64,000 nucleotides of DNA from a virus. The position numbers and the translations under genes are program-made. Shown piece by piece: positions 46,452-56,037 of this stretch. The notes beneath the pieces were generated by a model, which saw only the letters and a program-made list of their open reading frames with translations, was not told where the DNA came from and did not search any database. Location: the IMG/VR virus record IMGVR_UViG_3300045988_167652. The stretch is one strand, 5' to 3'. Positions within the stretch are counted from its first letter, which is position 1. Every line of letters starts with the position of its first letter.

Positions 46452-47612
46452 TTATAATGTATATTTATTAGTGTTAAGAAATCTGTATATATTTTCTTTT
46501 AATTTTTCATGAGTTGATATGTCTATAATATCTGGTAAATTTCCAGATACCATAAGAATATTATACAAATGTATTATCAAACATAAAAAATTAGGATCAG
46601 CTATTAAAATACAGTTATCATTATTACTATAATTATTCGACTTAATAACTTTAAATTTTATATCTTCCTTATTAAATCTTACTTTATTATCAAAAAGAGT
46701 AAAGGTAAAGTTATTTATTCTTTTATTATTTTTTATATTTTCTTTTATATATATTCTTCTATCACTTTCTACCGCTGTTATCAATAAGGATTTTATAAGA
46801 TCATATTCATCTCCTTCTAAATATTTAAGTCTGTTTAGTATAGAATTTGTAGCTACTATTAACAATTGTTCTATAGGATAATTAAATATAGAATGTATAT
46901 TGAAGTTTATATCCTTAATTTTATTTGTTTCATATAGATATAAATTTTTATCATATAATTCAAATATCACATTCGTTATTATTAAATTTATATTTTCATT
47001 ATCCAATATATTAATGTTATCATATCTATTACTTACTTTTATATAATCATGAATGGAAATTAATTTTGATTTTGTATCTGTTATTTTCGATATTCTACAA
47101 TATGCAGATTGAGTAGTCTCTATTGTAAGATATTGATCCATTAATGTGAATAAAGTAATAAACCATTCTTCTGGTAATTCCTCATTATCATTTAATAATA
47201 AATTAGAATAATTATAATGATTTATTAATGGGGAATTATTTCCTAAACAAAAGTCTCTTACAATAGTTGAAGTATTTAACTGATATAAATGAGAAAAATA
47301 AAAATCAGCATTAAATTCTTCTTCAGTTAAGGTCATTCTGATACCTTTAGGATAATATACATAACCACTATTATCTATAGTAAAACATACATATATATCT
47401 TTAATAGTATGATCTTTATTACTTTGTAAAGAGTGCATTTTAACTTCAGGATAATGAATAATTAAAGCATATTTATCACCTTTTTCATTTGAATGTACAA
47501 TTACTCTATCATTACCATAATATTTTAAGGCATAAATAAAGGCCTTACAGACTTTATTTCTGTAAGACCTTATATTTGGTAATGATTTTACTTTACTAAA
47601 CGGTAAAACCAT
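46452..47612 (-). CDS. Hypothetical protein (386 aa) in the E1/JAB operon
   Basis: Intact ORF ending 2 nt before the JAB gene start. I could not secure any recognisable motif. Confidence 0.65.
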   Translation of the reverse strand: MVLPFSKVKSLPNIRSYRNKVCKAFIYALKYYGNDRVIVHSNEKGDKYALIIHYPEVKMHSLQSNKDHTIKDIYVCFTIDNSGYVYYPKGIRMTLTEEEFNADFYFSHLYQLNTSTIVRDFCLGNNSPLINHYNYSNLLLNDNEELPEEWFITLFTLMDQYLTIETTQSAYCRISKITDTKSKLISIHDYIKVSNRYDNINILDNENINLIITNVIFELYDKNLYLYETNKIKDINFNIHSIFNYPIEQLLIVATNSILNRLKYLEGDEYDLIKSLLITAVESDRRIYIKENIKNNKRINNFTFTLFDNKVRFNKEDIKFKVIKSNNYSNNDNCILIADPNFLCLIIHLYNILMVSGNLPDIIDISTHEKLKENIYRFLNTNKYTL

Positions 47613-47630
47613 CTTTTTTTTGTTTAATGT

Positions 47631-48218
47631 TTAAAACATTCCTCTGAAAAGTTTTTTATCTTCTTCAGAAATTCCTGAAGTACAAGAATTAGATTTTGTT
47701 TTAACTTTTACTTTAATTCCTAATTCCTCTTCAATAGCTGCAAGCCTACTTTCTACTAAATTAGCCCAGTCATTAAGATTTACTGAATTACTGTTCATTG
47801 TATTAGTACAGCAATTTGATTTACCATATTTTAATACAAATCCAGCTAATATTTCAGTTTTTACTTGTGAAATATTGCCTATTTCTTTTTTAAGATTAGG
47901 ATTATTTTCAATGATTCTCTTAGCTTCAGCCATCAGTTCTTTTCTATCTACAGCAGAAGAAATCTTTTTATCTTCCTGCATCATTGAGAAGATAAGGTTA
48001 GTATAAGTAGTACCTCTAAGAACTACTTCTTTAGGAATAATCGCATCTCTATTATCAACATTAAAAGAGGATTTTGAATATCCTTCAACCATACGGATAT
48101 TTTCGTAGTTAATACCTTCATTATCCATTACATCGAGTAAATCACCTAATGTGTTAAACTCCCCACTAAATTCATAAGTTAATCCATTTTGTGGATCAAT
48201 CACTTTAATTGTTCTCAT
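47631..48218 (-). CDS. Hypothetical protein (195 aa)
   Basis: Intact ORF whose start overlaps the primase gene stop by 4 nt. Confidence 0.6.
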   Translation of the reverse strand: MRTIKVIDPQNGLTYEFSGEFNTLGDLLDVMDNEGINYENIRMVEGYSKSSFNVDNRDAIIPKEVVLRGTTYTNLIFSMMQEDKKISSAVDRKELMAEAKRIIENNPNLKKEIGNISQVKTEILAGFVLKYGKSNCCTNTMNSNSVNLNDWANLVESRLAAIEEELGIKVKVKTKSNSCTSGISEEDKKLFRGMF

Positions 48219-49240
48219 TGTTTTTTACTTTTTAAATTTAAATTTAAATCGCAGATATGTATAAGTTTATTAATAGTTTTACATAGAATTTCCTTACCAT
48301 GAATTTCATAAAGATCACTGCTATCCTTTACTTTTAAGTGATTAGGAATTTCTATTTGTGGTATATCGAATAACTTTGATATTTTATGACCATTCATTCT
48401 TCCCCAGTTTTGAGAGGCTTTAAAGTCATTATCATAAAGTATATAGATTTGGTTAAATCTGTTTTTTAATTGATTAATTATTTTTTTCTTAGGTATAATA
48501 GATTCAGCTTGTAAGGAAATTGAAGGAATACCTGTATGATAAGATATAACCATAGCATCTTTTTTTGAAGATGTAATGATTAATTTTTCTCCTTTTTCAG
48601 GTAAAGTATGCCATAATTCCCACACTGAAGAATCTTGTTTGTTAATCCATTTTTGATTTTTATTATATGGTTGATATATCTTATAACTTATCTTATTGTC
48701 TTTATTTTCTATATAAGCATAAGCTAATCTATTTGTATAATAAGGATATGTACCAGTTTTAGTATATATAAAAATCATATCTATAGGAACAACATAACAA
48801 CTCTTTAGATAATCTACAGGTAATCCATATTTACCTGTCCAAAAGTTTATATCATTCTTATCCCATTCTCTTATTCTAACTTTAATATCAATTGTTTTTG
48901 ATACTTTAGTTCTTTTTGAATGGTTTATAGTAACACATCCTTTTGAATAATTTCTAAGCATATCATTATAAATCATAGATAATGTATCTCTATAATTTAA
49001 ATGATGTTTGGTCATTAACAGATTAAATATATTTCCAGATTCTCCAGTAGCAAAATCTTTATATCTAATAGAATTATTTCTATAGTAAATACCGAATGAA
49101 GGATTTTTATCCTTTCTTAAAGGACTATTTATAAGAAAAGGAACTTGCAAAACTCCAAAATAAAATGAAAGTATTTTAAGTTCAGATACTTTTGATAAAA
49201 TATAATCCAAACTTATCGGTATTTTTCCTATAGAAATCAT
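48215..49240 (-). CDS. DnaG-like primase (degenerate zinc-finger region + TOPRIM)
   Basis: SPLRKDKNPSFGIY...YKDFATGESGNIFNLLM parallels the DnaG zinc-ribbon region but lacks the cysteines. The TOPRIM-like part is LIITSSKKDAMV...IYILYDNDFKAS (DxD). Confidence 0.65.
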   Translation of the reverse strand: MISIGKIPISLDYILSKVSELKILSFYFGVLQVPFLINSPLRKDKNPSFGIYYRNNSIRYKDFATGESGNIFNLLMTKHHLNYRDTLSMIYNDMLRNYSKGCVTINHSKRTKVSKTIDIKVRIREWDKNDINFWTGKYGLPVDYLKSCYVVPIDMIFIYTKTGTYPYYTNRLAYAYIENKDNKISYKIYQPYNKNQKWINKQDSSVWELWHTLPEKGEKLIITSSKKDAMVISYHTGIPSISLQAESIIPKKKIINQLKNRFNQIYILYDNDFKASQNWGRMNGHKISKLFDIPQIEIPNHLKVKDSSDLYEIHGKEILCKTINKLIHICDLNLNLKSKKQ

Positions 49241-49272
49241 ACTGAATAATTAAAATTATTTATGTTTTTATA

Positions 49273-50220
49273 TTAAAATGGCAGATCACTTTTACCTGTT
49301 TCAGGTTGTTTCATATTACCTAAATCAGGTAAATTAATTCCTGAAGAGGTTGAAGTTATTTCAGTAGGTTTAGCTTGTAAAACATATTTCTGAAGACCGT
49401 CATAAGTAAATTCTCCTGTAGAAAACTGTCCTATTTGTTTAGCTTCTTCTACAAATTTTAGGAAATAAGAGTAATTATTAGACCATGCTCTTTGTGTTTG
49501 TCCTGAAAGAATCTGCTGATATCCTTTATCTACATAGAATAACACTTTTACAGTGTATCCTTCAGTAAGTTTAATAAGGCTCTTCAGTTCTTTTACATCT
49601 CCTGAAGCTATCTTATTCATATTATCAATCCTACATTCAACTTTATTACCTGCATCATCTTTTTGAGCAGTATTAGCATAGTTCTTTAAGAATCTTGTAA
49701 GCTCTTCTTCTCCTGTAATACAAGGTCTTACATCATCAGGAGTAAACCAGTGCATATTATCCGGTACTCCTAATACTTTATTATTTTCTTTATCATAAGG
49801 AAGCCATGCACATTCACCATATTTGTTGATTACTTTAAGTTTATTTCCATCTTTATTAAGCATATATTTATCCCTAACAAAGAATTTAATAAATCCAAAA
49901 GTATCAACACCGTTGTTTACAGGATTATCATTAGTTCTTACTAAGAAAGTAATAACTTGAGTTACCTCACCATCTTTTTCAATAGTGTATTTAGGTTCAT
50001 TTTTACTTTCAAATCCTCTTAATTTATCAAGTTCTTCTTTAGTAGGATTAACTGCTAATACATTTACACATCCTACTCCTGTGTATAAAGAAGATTCAAA
50101 TGCTGGTTGTTCATCAGCATTATCTCCCACTGAAATAGCCATATAGATATAAGCAAACACATTTTCTTTAAATACTTTACCTGTTTTTGCAGGAGTTTTC
50201 TTTCTCAAATTAAATTTCAT
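49273..50220 (-). CDS. Probable single-stranded DNA-binding protein
   Basis: The C-terminus ends ...GKSDLPF, the acidic-hydrophobic tail characteristic of SSBs. It sits between the primase and a recombination-type ATPase. Confidence 0.5.
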   Translation of the reverse strand: MKFNLRKKTPAKTGKVFKENVFAYIYMAISVGDNADEQPAFESSLYTGVGCVNVLAVNPTKEELDKLRGFESKNEPKYTIEKDGEVTQVITFLVRTNDNPVNNGVDTFGFIKFFVRDKYMLNKDGNKLKVINKYGECAWLPYDKENNKVLGVPDNMHWFTPDDVRPCITGEEELTRFLKNYANTAQKDDAGNKVECRIDNMNKIASGDVKELKSLIKLTEGYTVKVLFYVDKGYQQILSGQTQRAWSNNYSYFLKFVEEAKQIGQFSTGEFTYDGLQKYVLQAKPTEITSTSSGINLPDLGNMKQPETGKSDLPF

Positions 50221-50245
50221 ATTATTAATATTTATGTATGATTAA

Positions 50246-50626
50246 TTACAACATTCTTTCTTGAACATTTAAATAATTATCTACAGGAACTTTTGTAGTA
50301 TCAATACTTTCTTCAGGTATTTTATGATTTTCTTCTATCATATCATTTTGTGGTACTTTTTCTATTTGACTGTTATTAATTTCTTCCACTAAATCTTTAA
50401 GTGCTTTACCACTTTCAATTTCTTTAATAACACTAAGAAGATTTCTACCGTTAAGAAAGTGTTTTCCTGTTTCTTCAGCTCTTTCAATTTCTTTCATCAG
50501 TTGTTCTTTTTCAACTTCAAGAACAGTAATTTTTTCTTGAATTGAGTTTAGTTTTCTTACTATAGATTTAGTAGAATTAATAATTCCTCCTAAAAATGTT
50601 TTTGTTAAATTGCTTGATAATTTCAT
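50246..50626 (-). CDS. Hypothetical coiled-coil protein (126 aa)
   Basis: Intact ORF with a TAA stop. Confidence 0.55.
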   Translation of the reverse strand: MKLSSNLTKTFLGGIINSTKSIVRKLNSIQEKITVLEVEKEQLMKEIERAEETGKHFLNGRNLLSVIKEIESGKALKDLVEEINNSQIEKVPQNDMIEENHKIPEESIDTTKVPVDNYLNVQERML

Positions 50627-50665
50627 GTTTTATATATTTAAATATGAATAAATGATTATACAGTT

Positions 50666-51376
50666 TTATTTTGCTATTTCTTCAGTTTCTTCTTCTTCTC
50701 CATCATAATATCTATTAAGAGAATCAAATACTAATTGTAAGTCATTAGGAATATAATCTTCTTTAAATACTCCCATAGGACTTTTGGCAGGAACAATAAT
50801 ACCATCTATAAGTACTTCATGAGTAGCAAATAAATGCTCTCTTTCTCCTTTACTTCCATGTTTAATAAATGAATAAAGAAGTGTTGAAGTAAGTTCTATA
50901 GGATTAAATTGTTCTTCCACTAATTTACCTACTGTTTTTACTTTCTTTTTTACAATAGTATTATCGGATATTACATCATCATCATGAAGCATAATAGCAC
51001 AATTTAAATCAGGTTTTGATGTTGCAATAGCATCAGTAACCATCTTAAAATGTAATGCTATTTCTGTGAATTTAGTAAATCCTGTTTCTTTAGCTCTTTT
51101 AGCAAATTCATCTACCATAATATACCTCATATCATCAATGATAAGATTCTTTATAGAATCATTAGCACTTGCCCACTCAATAATTTTAATTACATCAGAG
51201 TAGTTACTTGTACTAAATACATTTACTTTTTCTTTGTAATTTTTTCTACTTCCACCAAATGGTAAATCCTTATTTTTTACAGATTTTACCACCACTGTTT
51301 CTTTAGGATTTAAGGTTCTGATAGAAGAACTTTTACCAGAACCTGTATTACCTAAAACTATTACTAAATGTCCCAT
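50666..51376 (-). CDS. P-loop ATPase, RecA-like/Sak4 (AAA_24)-type
   Basis: The Walker A motif VIVLGNTGSGKSSS sits at the extreme N-terminus, and the Walker B-like motif is LIIDDM. Size and context fit phage recombination ATPases. Confidence 0.55.
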   Translation of the reverse strand: MGHLVIVLGNTGSGKSSSIRTLNPKETVVVKSVKNKDLPFGGSRKNYKEKVNVFSTSNYSDVIKIIEWASANDSIKNLIIDDMRYIMVDEFAKRAKETGFTKFTEIALHFKMVTDAIATSKPDLNCAIMLHDDDVISDNTIVKKKVKTVGKLVEEQFNPIELTSTLLYSFIKHGSKGEREHLFATHEVLIDGIIVPAKSPMGVFKEDYIPNDLQLVFDSLNRYYDGEEEETEEIAK

Positions 51377-51751
51377 TCAATTTTTATTAATTTTGTTTTT
51401 ATATTTGTCTTTATGTTCTTTTAAAGAGGTTAAGAAATCATACATTCCTTTTTGATTGTTCTTTAATGTGTTTATATCAGAAACTATTTTATTTCTTTCT
51501 TTTGCAAATATTTTTATTAGTTCTTCATTTGATTTATTAATTTTACTTTGTGATTTATCATATTCTATAAAATAATTCATCAATTTTACAAGGGTCTTTT
51601 GAAATGATTCAAGTTGTTCATTCAGATTATCTACTTTAATATTTAGTTCTTTATATTTGGTAGTCTGTTGTTGTCTATACAAAACAAAACTTAAAGTATG
51701 AATAATAGAATAAATAGATAATAATAATGTAATTGTAAATAATAAAGTCAT
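51377..51751 (-). CDS. Small membrane-anchored coiled-coil protein (124 aa)
   Basis: An N-terminal hydrophobic helix (LLFTITLLLSIYSIIHTLSFVLY) is followed by heptad-like sequence. Confidence 0.55.
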   Translation of the reverse strand: MTLLFTITLLLSIYSIIHTLSFVLYRQQQTTKYKELNIKVDNLNEQLESFQKTLVKLMNYFIEYDKSQSKINKSNEELIKIFAKERNKIVSDINTLKNNQKGMYDFLTSLKEHKDKYKNKINKN

Positions 51752-51771
51752 ATCATTAATAATTTTAGTGA

Positions 51772-52152
51772 TTAAATATTTTGTTTGTTTCTGTATTTTG
51801 TTTTATACATGTCATTATATAATTGCTGATATTTCTTACGAATAGTTTTTATATCGGTTCTTTGATGTTTTATAATGTTTTCAAGTGATTCAATTCTTAC
51901 TTTAAGATTGTGATTTTCTTTTTTAAATTCATCATTTAATATATTATGATTACTTATAATACTTAAAGTAGTAGAACTTAAATCTTCTTCTACATTACTG
52001 AATGCTTCTTCAATTTTTGAAAACTCTTTTTCATTACTTGATATTTTATTTTCAAGAACTTCAAATCTTTTCTTCATATTTATATAATTTATGCTTACTA
52101 AGATTAAAAGTAATACAGTTAAAATGAACAATACAATTATAATTATTTCCAT
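51772..52152 (-). CDS. Small membrane-anchored coiled-coil protein (126 aa)
   Basis: An N-terminal hydrophobic helix (IIIIVLFILTVLLLILVSI) is followed by heptad-like sequence. The architecture matches the neighbour 51377..51751. Confidence 0.55.
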   Translation of the reverse strand: MEIIIIVLFILTVLLLILVSINYINMKKRFEVLENKISSNEKEFSKIEEAFSNVEEDLSSTTLSIISNHNILNDEFKKENHNLKVRIESLENIIKHQRTDIKTIRKKYQQLYNDMYKTKYRNKQNI

Positions 52153-53357
52153 AAATTTTTAATAGTTCTGAATAATTTATTATTATTGTTTTTATTTATA
52201 ATTTCATCTGATATATTACAAAGTATAAGACTTTCTTTATTCTTTTTTATTAGTCCATATACTTCATTTAATTTCTTTTCATCATGAGGTAAAGGTAACT
52301 CTTGAAAATAAGATACTGCACCATCAAAATATAATGGACATACTCCATTACCTTCACCATCTCTTGAAGCGCATATTTCTAAAAATCTCAAGTTATCCTT
52401 TAACTTTGTTACATTATATCCCATATATTCAGGTAATTCATGTTTATAAGGAGAAAATATTCCAAGCATAATATTACAATCAAACTGTGTACTTTTATTC
52501 CAGTTTAATCCATCTCCTGAAGGTCTTATTTTTCCTGCTTTATAATTCTCTACCCCTTCATGAGTAGCTACTTGCTGTTGAATATTTACAATACTCATGT
52601 TGTATCTATCCCTTAATTCTACTCCATAATCATAAGATATTTTACCTATAGATTCCATCTTATTCATCCCTGATTCATTAGAAGTAAGACCAACATGATC
52701 CCATATAACTAATCTGTAAAGAAAAGGATTATGAGGTTCATATCTGTCAAATACTTCAACTTCTTTAGGGATACCTGTATCTCTATCTTTTACTATAACT
52801 TTCTTTTTATATATCTTACCTTCATCCACTGTTTTCGATAGAGCATGTTTATACATTCCTGTAGGATTTCTTGTAGAATTAAATTCCACATGTTCTTCAA
52901 AATATTTACATAATATCTTAAATTTAGTAGATTTAATTAAATCAAGAACATCTTTACTAAGAGGTTTAGTTTCTTTAGTAGATTGTAAGTCCATAGGAGA
53001 TACTCTTATAGTATATCCTGATAATATATAAAGAATATGACTTAACCATCTTATGTATATCTTTCTTGGAGTTTCTTCCCAAGCAAAATATAATATACGA
53101 TAATCAATTTCTTTTTGTGGATTATTAAAACAATATAATAAAGGATGATAGATAAATAAGTAAGAAGATAATTGAGTTTTAGCAGATTTAGTAGCTCCAG
53201 TAACTATATAATAAGTTCCTTGAGTCACTCCTACAAAATCATTTGAAAACCTATAAAAAGGAGAGGGAATACAATTGATTCCCCCCTTTATTATAGTTTC
53301 CCTTCTATGTTCAAGATAATTAATAGTATCTTGATACATAGTTAAAGTATCACTCAT
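52143..53357 (-). CDS. DnaB-like (SF4/RecA-fold) replicative helicase
   Basis: The Walker A-like motif is IVTGATKSAKTQ, the Walker B-like motif is LVIWDHVG, and the arrangement is DnaB-like. Confidence 0.6.
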   Translation of the reverse strand: MSDTLTMYQDTINYLEHRRETIIKGGINCIPSPFYRFSNDFVGVTQGTYYIVTGATKSAKTQLSSYLFIYHPLLYCFNNPQKEIDYRILYFAWEETPRKIYIRWLSHILYILSGYTIRVSPMDLQSTKETKPLSKDVLDLIKSTKFKILCKYFEEHVEFNSTRNPTGMYKHALSKTVDEGKIYKKKVIVKDRDTGIPKEVEVFDRYEPHNPFLYRLVIWDHVGLTSNESGMNKMESIGKISYDYGVELRDRYNMSIVNIQQQVATHEGVENYKAGKIRPSGDGLNWNKSTQFDCNIMLGIFSPYKHELPEYMGYNVTKLKDNLRFLEICASRDGEGNGVCPLYFDGAVSYFQELPLPHDEKKLNEVYGLIKKNKESLILCNISDEIINKNNNNKLFRTIKNLWK

Positions 53358-53676
53358 CTTTTACATCAAAGCCAAATTCTTTCATAACTTCTTTAGCTCT
53401 GTTAATATCTTTTTCAAGACTTTTAAGGTTGTCTATTACTTCCAGATACTCGATAAGATTGAAAGGATAAGTTGTTTTAACTGTTTCTAAGTACACTTTT
53501 GTTTTTTGAAGTTCTTTTTTTGCCGACAAAATCTTCATCTGTAATTGCAGATTGGTATCTTCCACCAAAAAACTCACTTCTTTTTGTAAGTCTGTAACAG
53601 GATTTAGTAATGTTTTTTCTTTGTAATTGATTCTTACTTCTTCCACTTTCTTCTGATTTAAATTCTTGTCTTCCAT
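53350..53676 (-). CDS. Hypothetical coiled-coil protein (108 aa)
   Basis: The translation is protein-like. It overlaps the 3' 200 nt of the upstream 750-codon ORF in another frame. Confidence 0.55.
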   Translation of the reverse strand: MEDKNLNQKKVEEVRINYKEKTLLNPVTDLQKEVSFLVEDTNLQLQMKILSAKKELQKTKVYLETVKTTYPFNLIEYLEVIDNLKSLEKDINRAKEVMKEFGFDVKDE

Positions 53677-55729
53677 CTTCTTTTGAATTAATTTTGTTAT
53701 TTATTATTTTAAAATCTTCTTTCTTAAAATCTTTATAGTCTTCTATTAAACAATATTCATTAGTATTACCGATATATTTATAATGAATAGAGAAATCTCC
53801 TGATTTTATATTACTCGTGATATATAAAGTTGTGTTATATAATTTAAAATCCTCTTTTCCTAAACTATAAATAATACTTCTACTTTCTCCCAAGACACCT
53901 TTATTTTTTATTATTTTATTCCAAAAATATTCACCTTCAATACTGTTTTTTATATTCAAAATTTCAGTTACTTCTCTAAGTACATAATCCGATAACCATA
54001 ATAGTTTGTTACAACGGTAGTAGTTAGCTTTATATAAAAGAGCTACATACGGATTGATATTGTTTTTTATACATAAATTCTTTTCTATTTCTGTTAAAGT
54101 AACTTCAAAATTATTTTGGGGATAGATAAGTTTATATTCAATCCCTTTAATACATTTAGGATTATTAAGTTTTTCTATAGATATTAATTTTTCTTCCCAT
54201 AATTCTTTTCCTGTTTTATTGTTTTTATTATACTTTGATTTAAAATATTCAGGTAATTCGTATTTGGAATTATATATCATTACATCTGTAAAGTACATTA
54301 AATCTTCTTCAAGTATTTGTTTTCCTGCATTAATATAATAGGCTTCATAATCATTTTTAAGCATTATGTTTCTAAAAAACGTTTTATTGTAGCAATAATA
54401 TTCTATTAAATCTTTTATAGTATTATTTAATACAAATAAATTAAAGTTATCTCTTTTATCTGTATTAGATAACCATAAAGAATTAATAAAACTTATGATT
54501 ACACTAATAGGATATTCATAAAATTTCTCATATATGTCAGCGGATATTTTATAATCCGAATCTTTAATAATTTTCTCTTTGTACCACTTATTAGTATAAT
54601 ATAAATATTCTTCTATTTTACTTGAATTTATAACTACTTCATTATCAAATTTAATACGTATATTATAATTTGTATCTTTAAATTTTTCGATAATTATGTT
54701 TTCCACTATTAATACTTCATCTTTTAAAGTAAAAAATTTATAGCCTATATTAAAGTAATTATTTTTAGAACATGCTTTTAATTTACATAAAATATCTTTT
54801 TCTTCTTCGGACATTGATTTTAAATATGAAATAAATCCGTATTTAATATCACTTATAAAAAATAATTTTCCTTGCTTTATGATATTATATTTATGTATAA
54901 GTGTGAATAGAGGACTTCTATCACATTTAATACTTTCTTCAATTTCTTTTTCAGTTAAATATATTCTGTTTGTTTTTACTCCTATATGTTCTTTATATAC
55001 ATAATCTTTTATTATTTTATTATTTTCTATTATTTCAGGAAGATTATTTGTAATAATAATTTCTTTTATGAATGTATTATTTTTCTCTTCTGAAGTTTTC
55101 TTTAATATGAAACTTTCTGCTTTTTTATTTATTTTTCCATAAATAATATTATCATATATGTTTTCTATATTAGATTTAATTTCTAATATTGAATTTATAC
55201 ATGTTTTATCTTCATAACTAATATCTAATTTTGATAAAATATCTACATGATTTTTTATATTTTCGGTTGTTACTTGTATGTCATATTTATAATATAGATA
55301 TAATATATTCCATATATCAGTTATTCCAATTTTTATTTTTTTAAGGGCTTCTATACTTATAAAGAAATTTTTATCAGGTAATTCATATATTATTCCAGAT
55401 TCAAAGAAAGTATTATTATTTACCTCTCCAAAATCTTTTATGATATTCAAGTTTTTATTTGGTTCTTCCATTATTTTGATCCATAATGAAGCTTTATTGG
55501 GAAATGCATAATGTGATTTACCACTTGTATACCATGAAAATCCTCTCTCAGCTTTGTTTGCACATTTATTTTTTTGAAATATTTCTATGTTAAATATATT
55601 ATCTTGTTTCATAGTTTCAATAGCCATTTGAGCTACTACTTCTATGGGAAAGTTTTTTAATATTTCCTTATTATAATCTTCAGGAATAACTGCATATTTA
55701 TTTTCATATAATACTATATATTTCTTCAT
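53477..55729 (-). CDS. Large hypothetical protein (up to 750 aa; 3' end uncertain)
   Basis: Long intact ORF. Its last ~65 codons are low-complexity Lys/Arg/Ser-rich and overlap 53350..53676. Confidence 0.6.
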   Translation of the reverse strand: MKKYIVLYENKYAVIPEDYNKEILKNFPIEVVAQMAIETMKQDNIFNIEIFQKNKCANKAERGFSWYTSGKSHYAFPNKASLWIKIMEEPNKNLNIIKDFGEVNNNTFFESGIIYELPDKNFFISIEALKKIKIGITDIWNILYLYYKYDIQVTTENIKNHVDILSKLDISYEDKTCINSILEIKSNIENIYDNIIYGKINKKAESFILKKTSEEKNNTFIKEIIITNNLPEIIENNKIIKDYVYKEHIGVKTNRIYLTEKEIEESIKCDRSPLFTLIHKYNIIKQGKLFFISDIKYGFISYLKSMSEEEKDILCKLKACSKNNYFNIGYKFFTLKDEVLIVENIIIEKFKDTNYNIRIKFDNEVVINSSKIEEYLYYTNKWYKEKIIKDSDYKISADIYEKFYEYPISVIISFINSLWLSNTDKRDNFNLFVLNNTIKDLIEYYCYNKTFFRNIMLKNDYEAYYINAGKQILEEDLMYFTDVMIYNSKYELPEYFKSKYNKNNKTGKELWEEKLISIEKLNNPKCIKGIEYKLIYPQNNFEVTLTEIEKNLCIKNNINPYVALLYKANYYRCNKLLWLSDYVLREVTEILNIKNSIEGEYFWNKIIKNKGVLGESRSIIYSLGKEDFKLYNTTLYITSNIKSGDFSIHYKYIGNTNEYCLIEDYKDFKKEDFKIINNKINSKEDGRQEFKSEESGRSKNQLQRKNITKSCYRLTKRSEFFGGRYQSAITDEDFVGKKRTSKNKSVLRNS

Positions 55730-55872
55730 AGTTGTTTTATTTTTATAAATGTTAATTACTTTGTTTGTATTGTAGAGGTTGGTTCATAATTATTTTATTG
55801 TTTATATTGTAATACATGAAACAACTATTTACCAACCCCCCTCCCCCCCCAATTTTACCTTTAATCATCTTC

Positions 55873-56037
55873 CTATTCTAATATAATAGATGTTCCTTTG
55901 AAATTTTTATATTTATTCATCAGGTTTTTCCTTATGTTATCTACTTTAATAGTAAATTCTATACAGGAAAGAATAAAATAAAGTAATCCTACTATAAACA
56001 GAAATACAATTAAACCTTTAATGTAAAATACTTCCAT
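55873..56037 (-). CDS. Possible small membrane protein (54 aa to TAG; 58 aa to TAA at 55861 if TAG is read through)
   Basis: ATG at 56037 and a hydrophobic segment GLIVFLFIVGLLYFILS. It is below the ORF-track size cut-off and is the only minus-strand candidate ORF I saw that ends in TAG. Confidence 0.3.
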   Translation of the reverse strand: MEVFYIKGLIVFLFIVGLLYFILSCIEFTIKVDNIRKNLMNKYKNFKGTSIILE

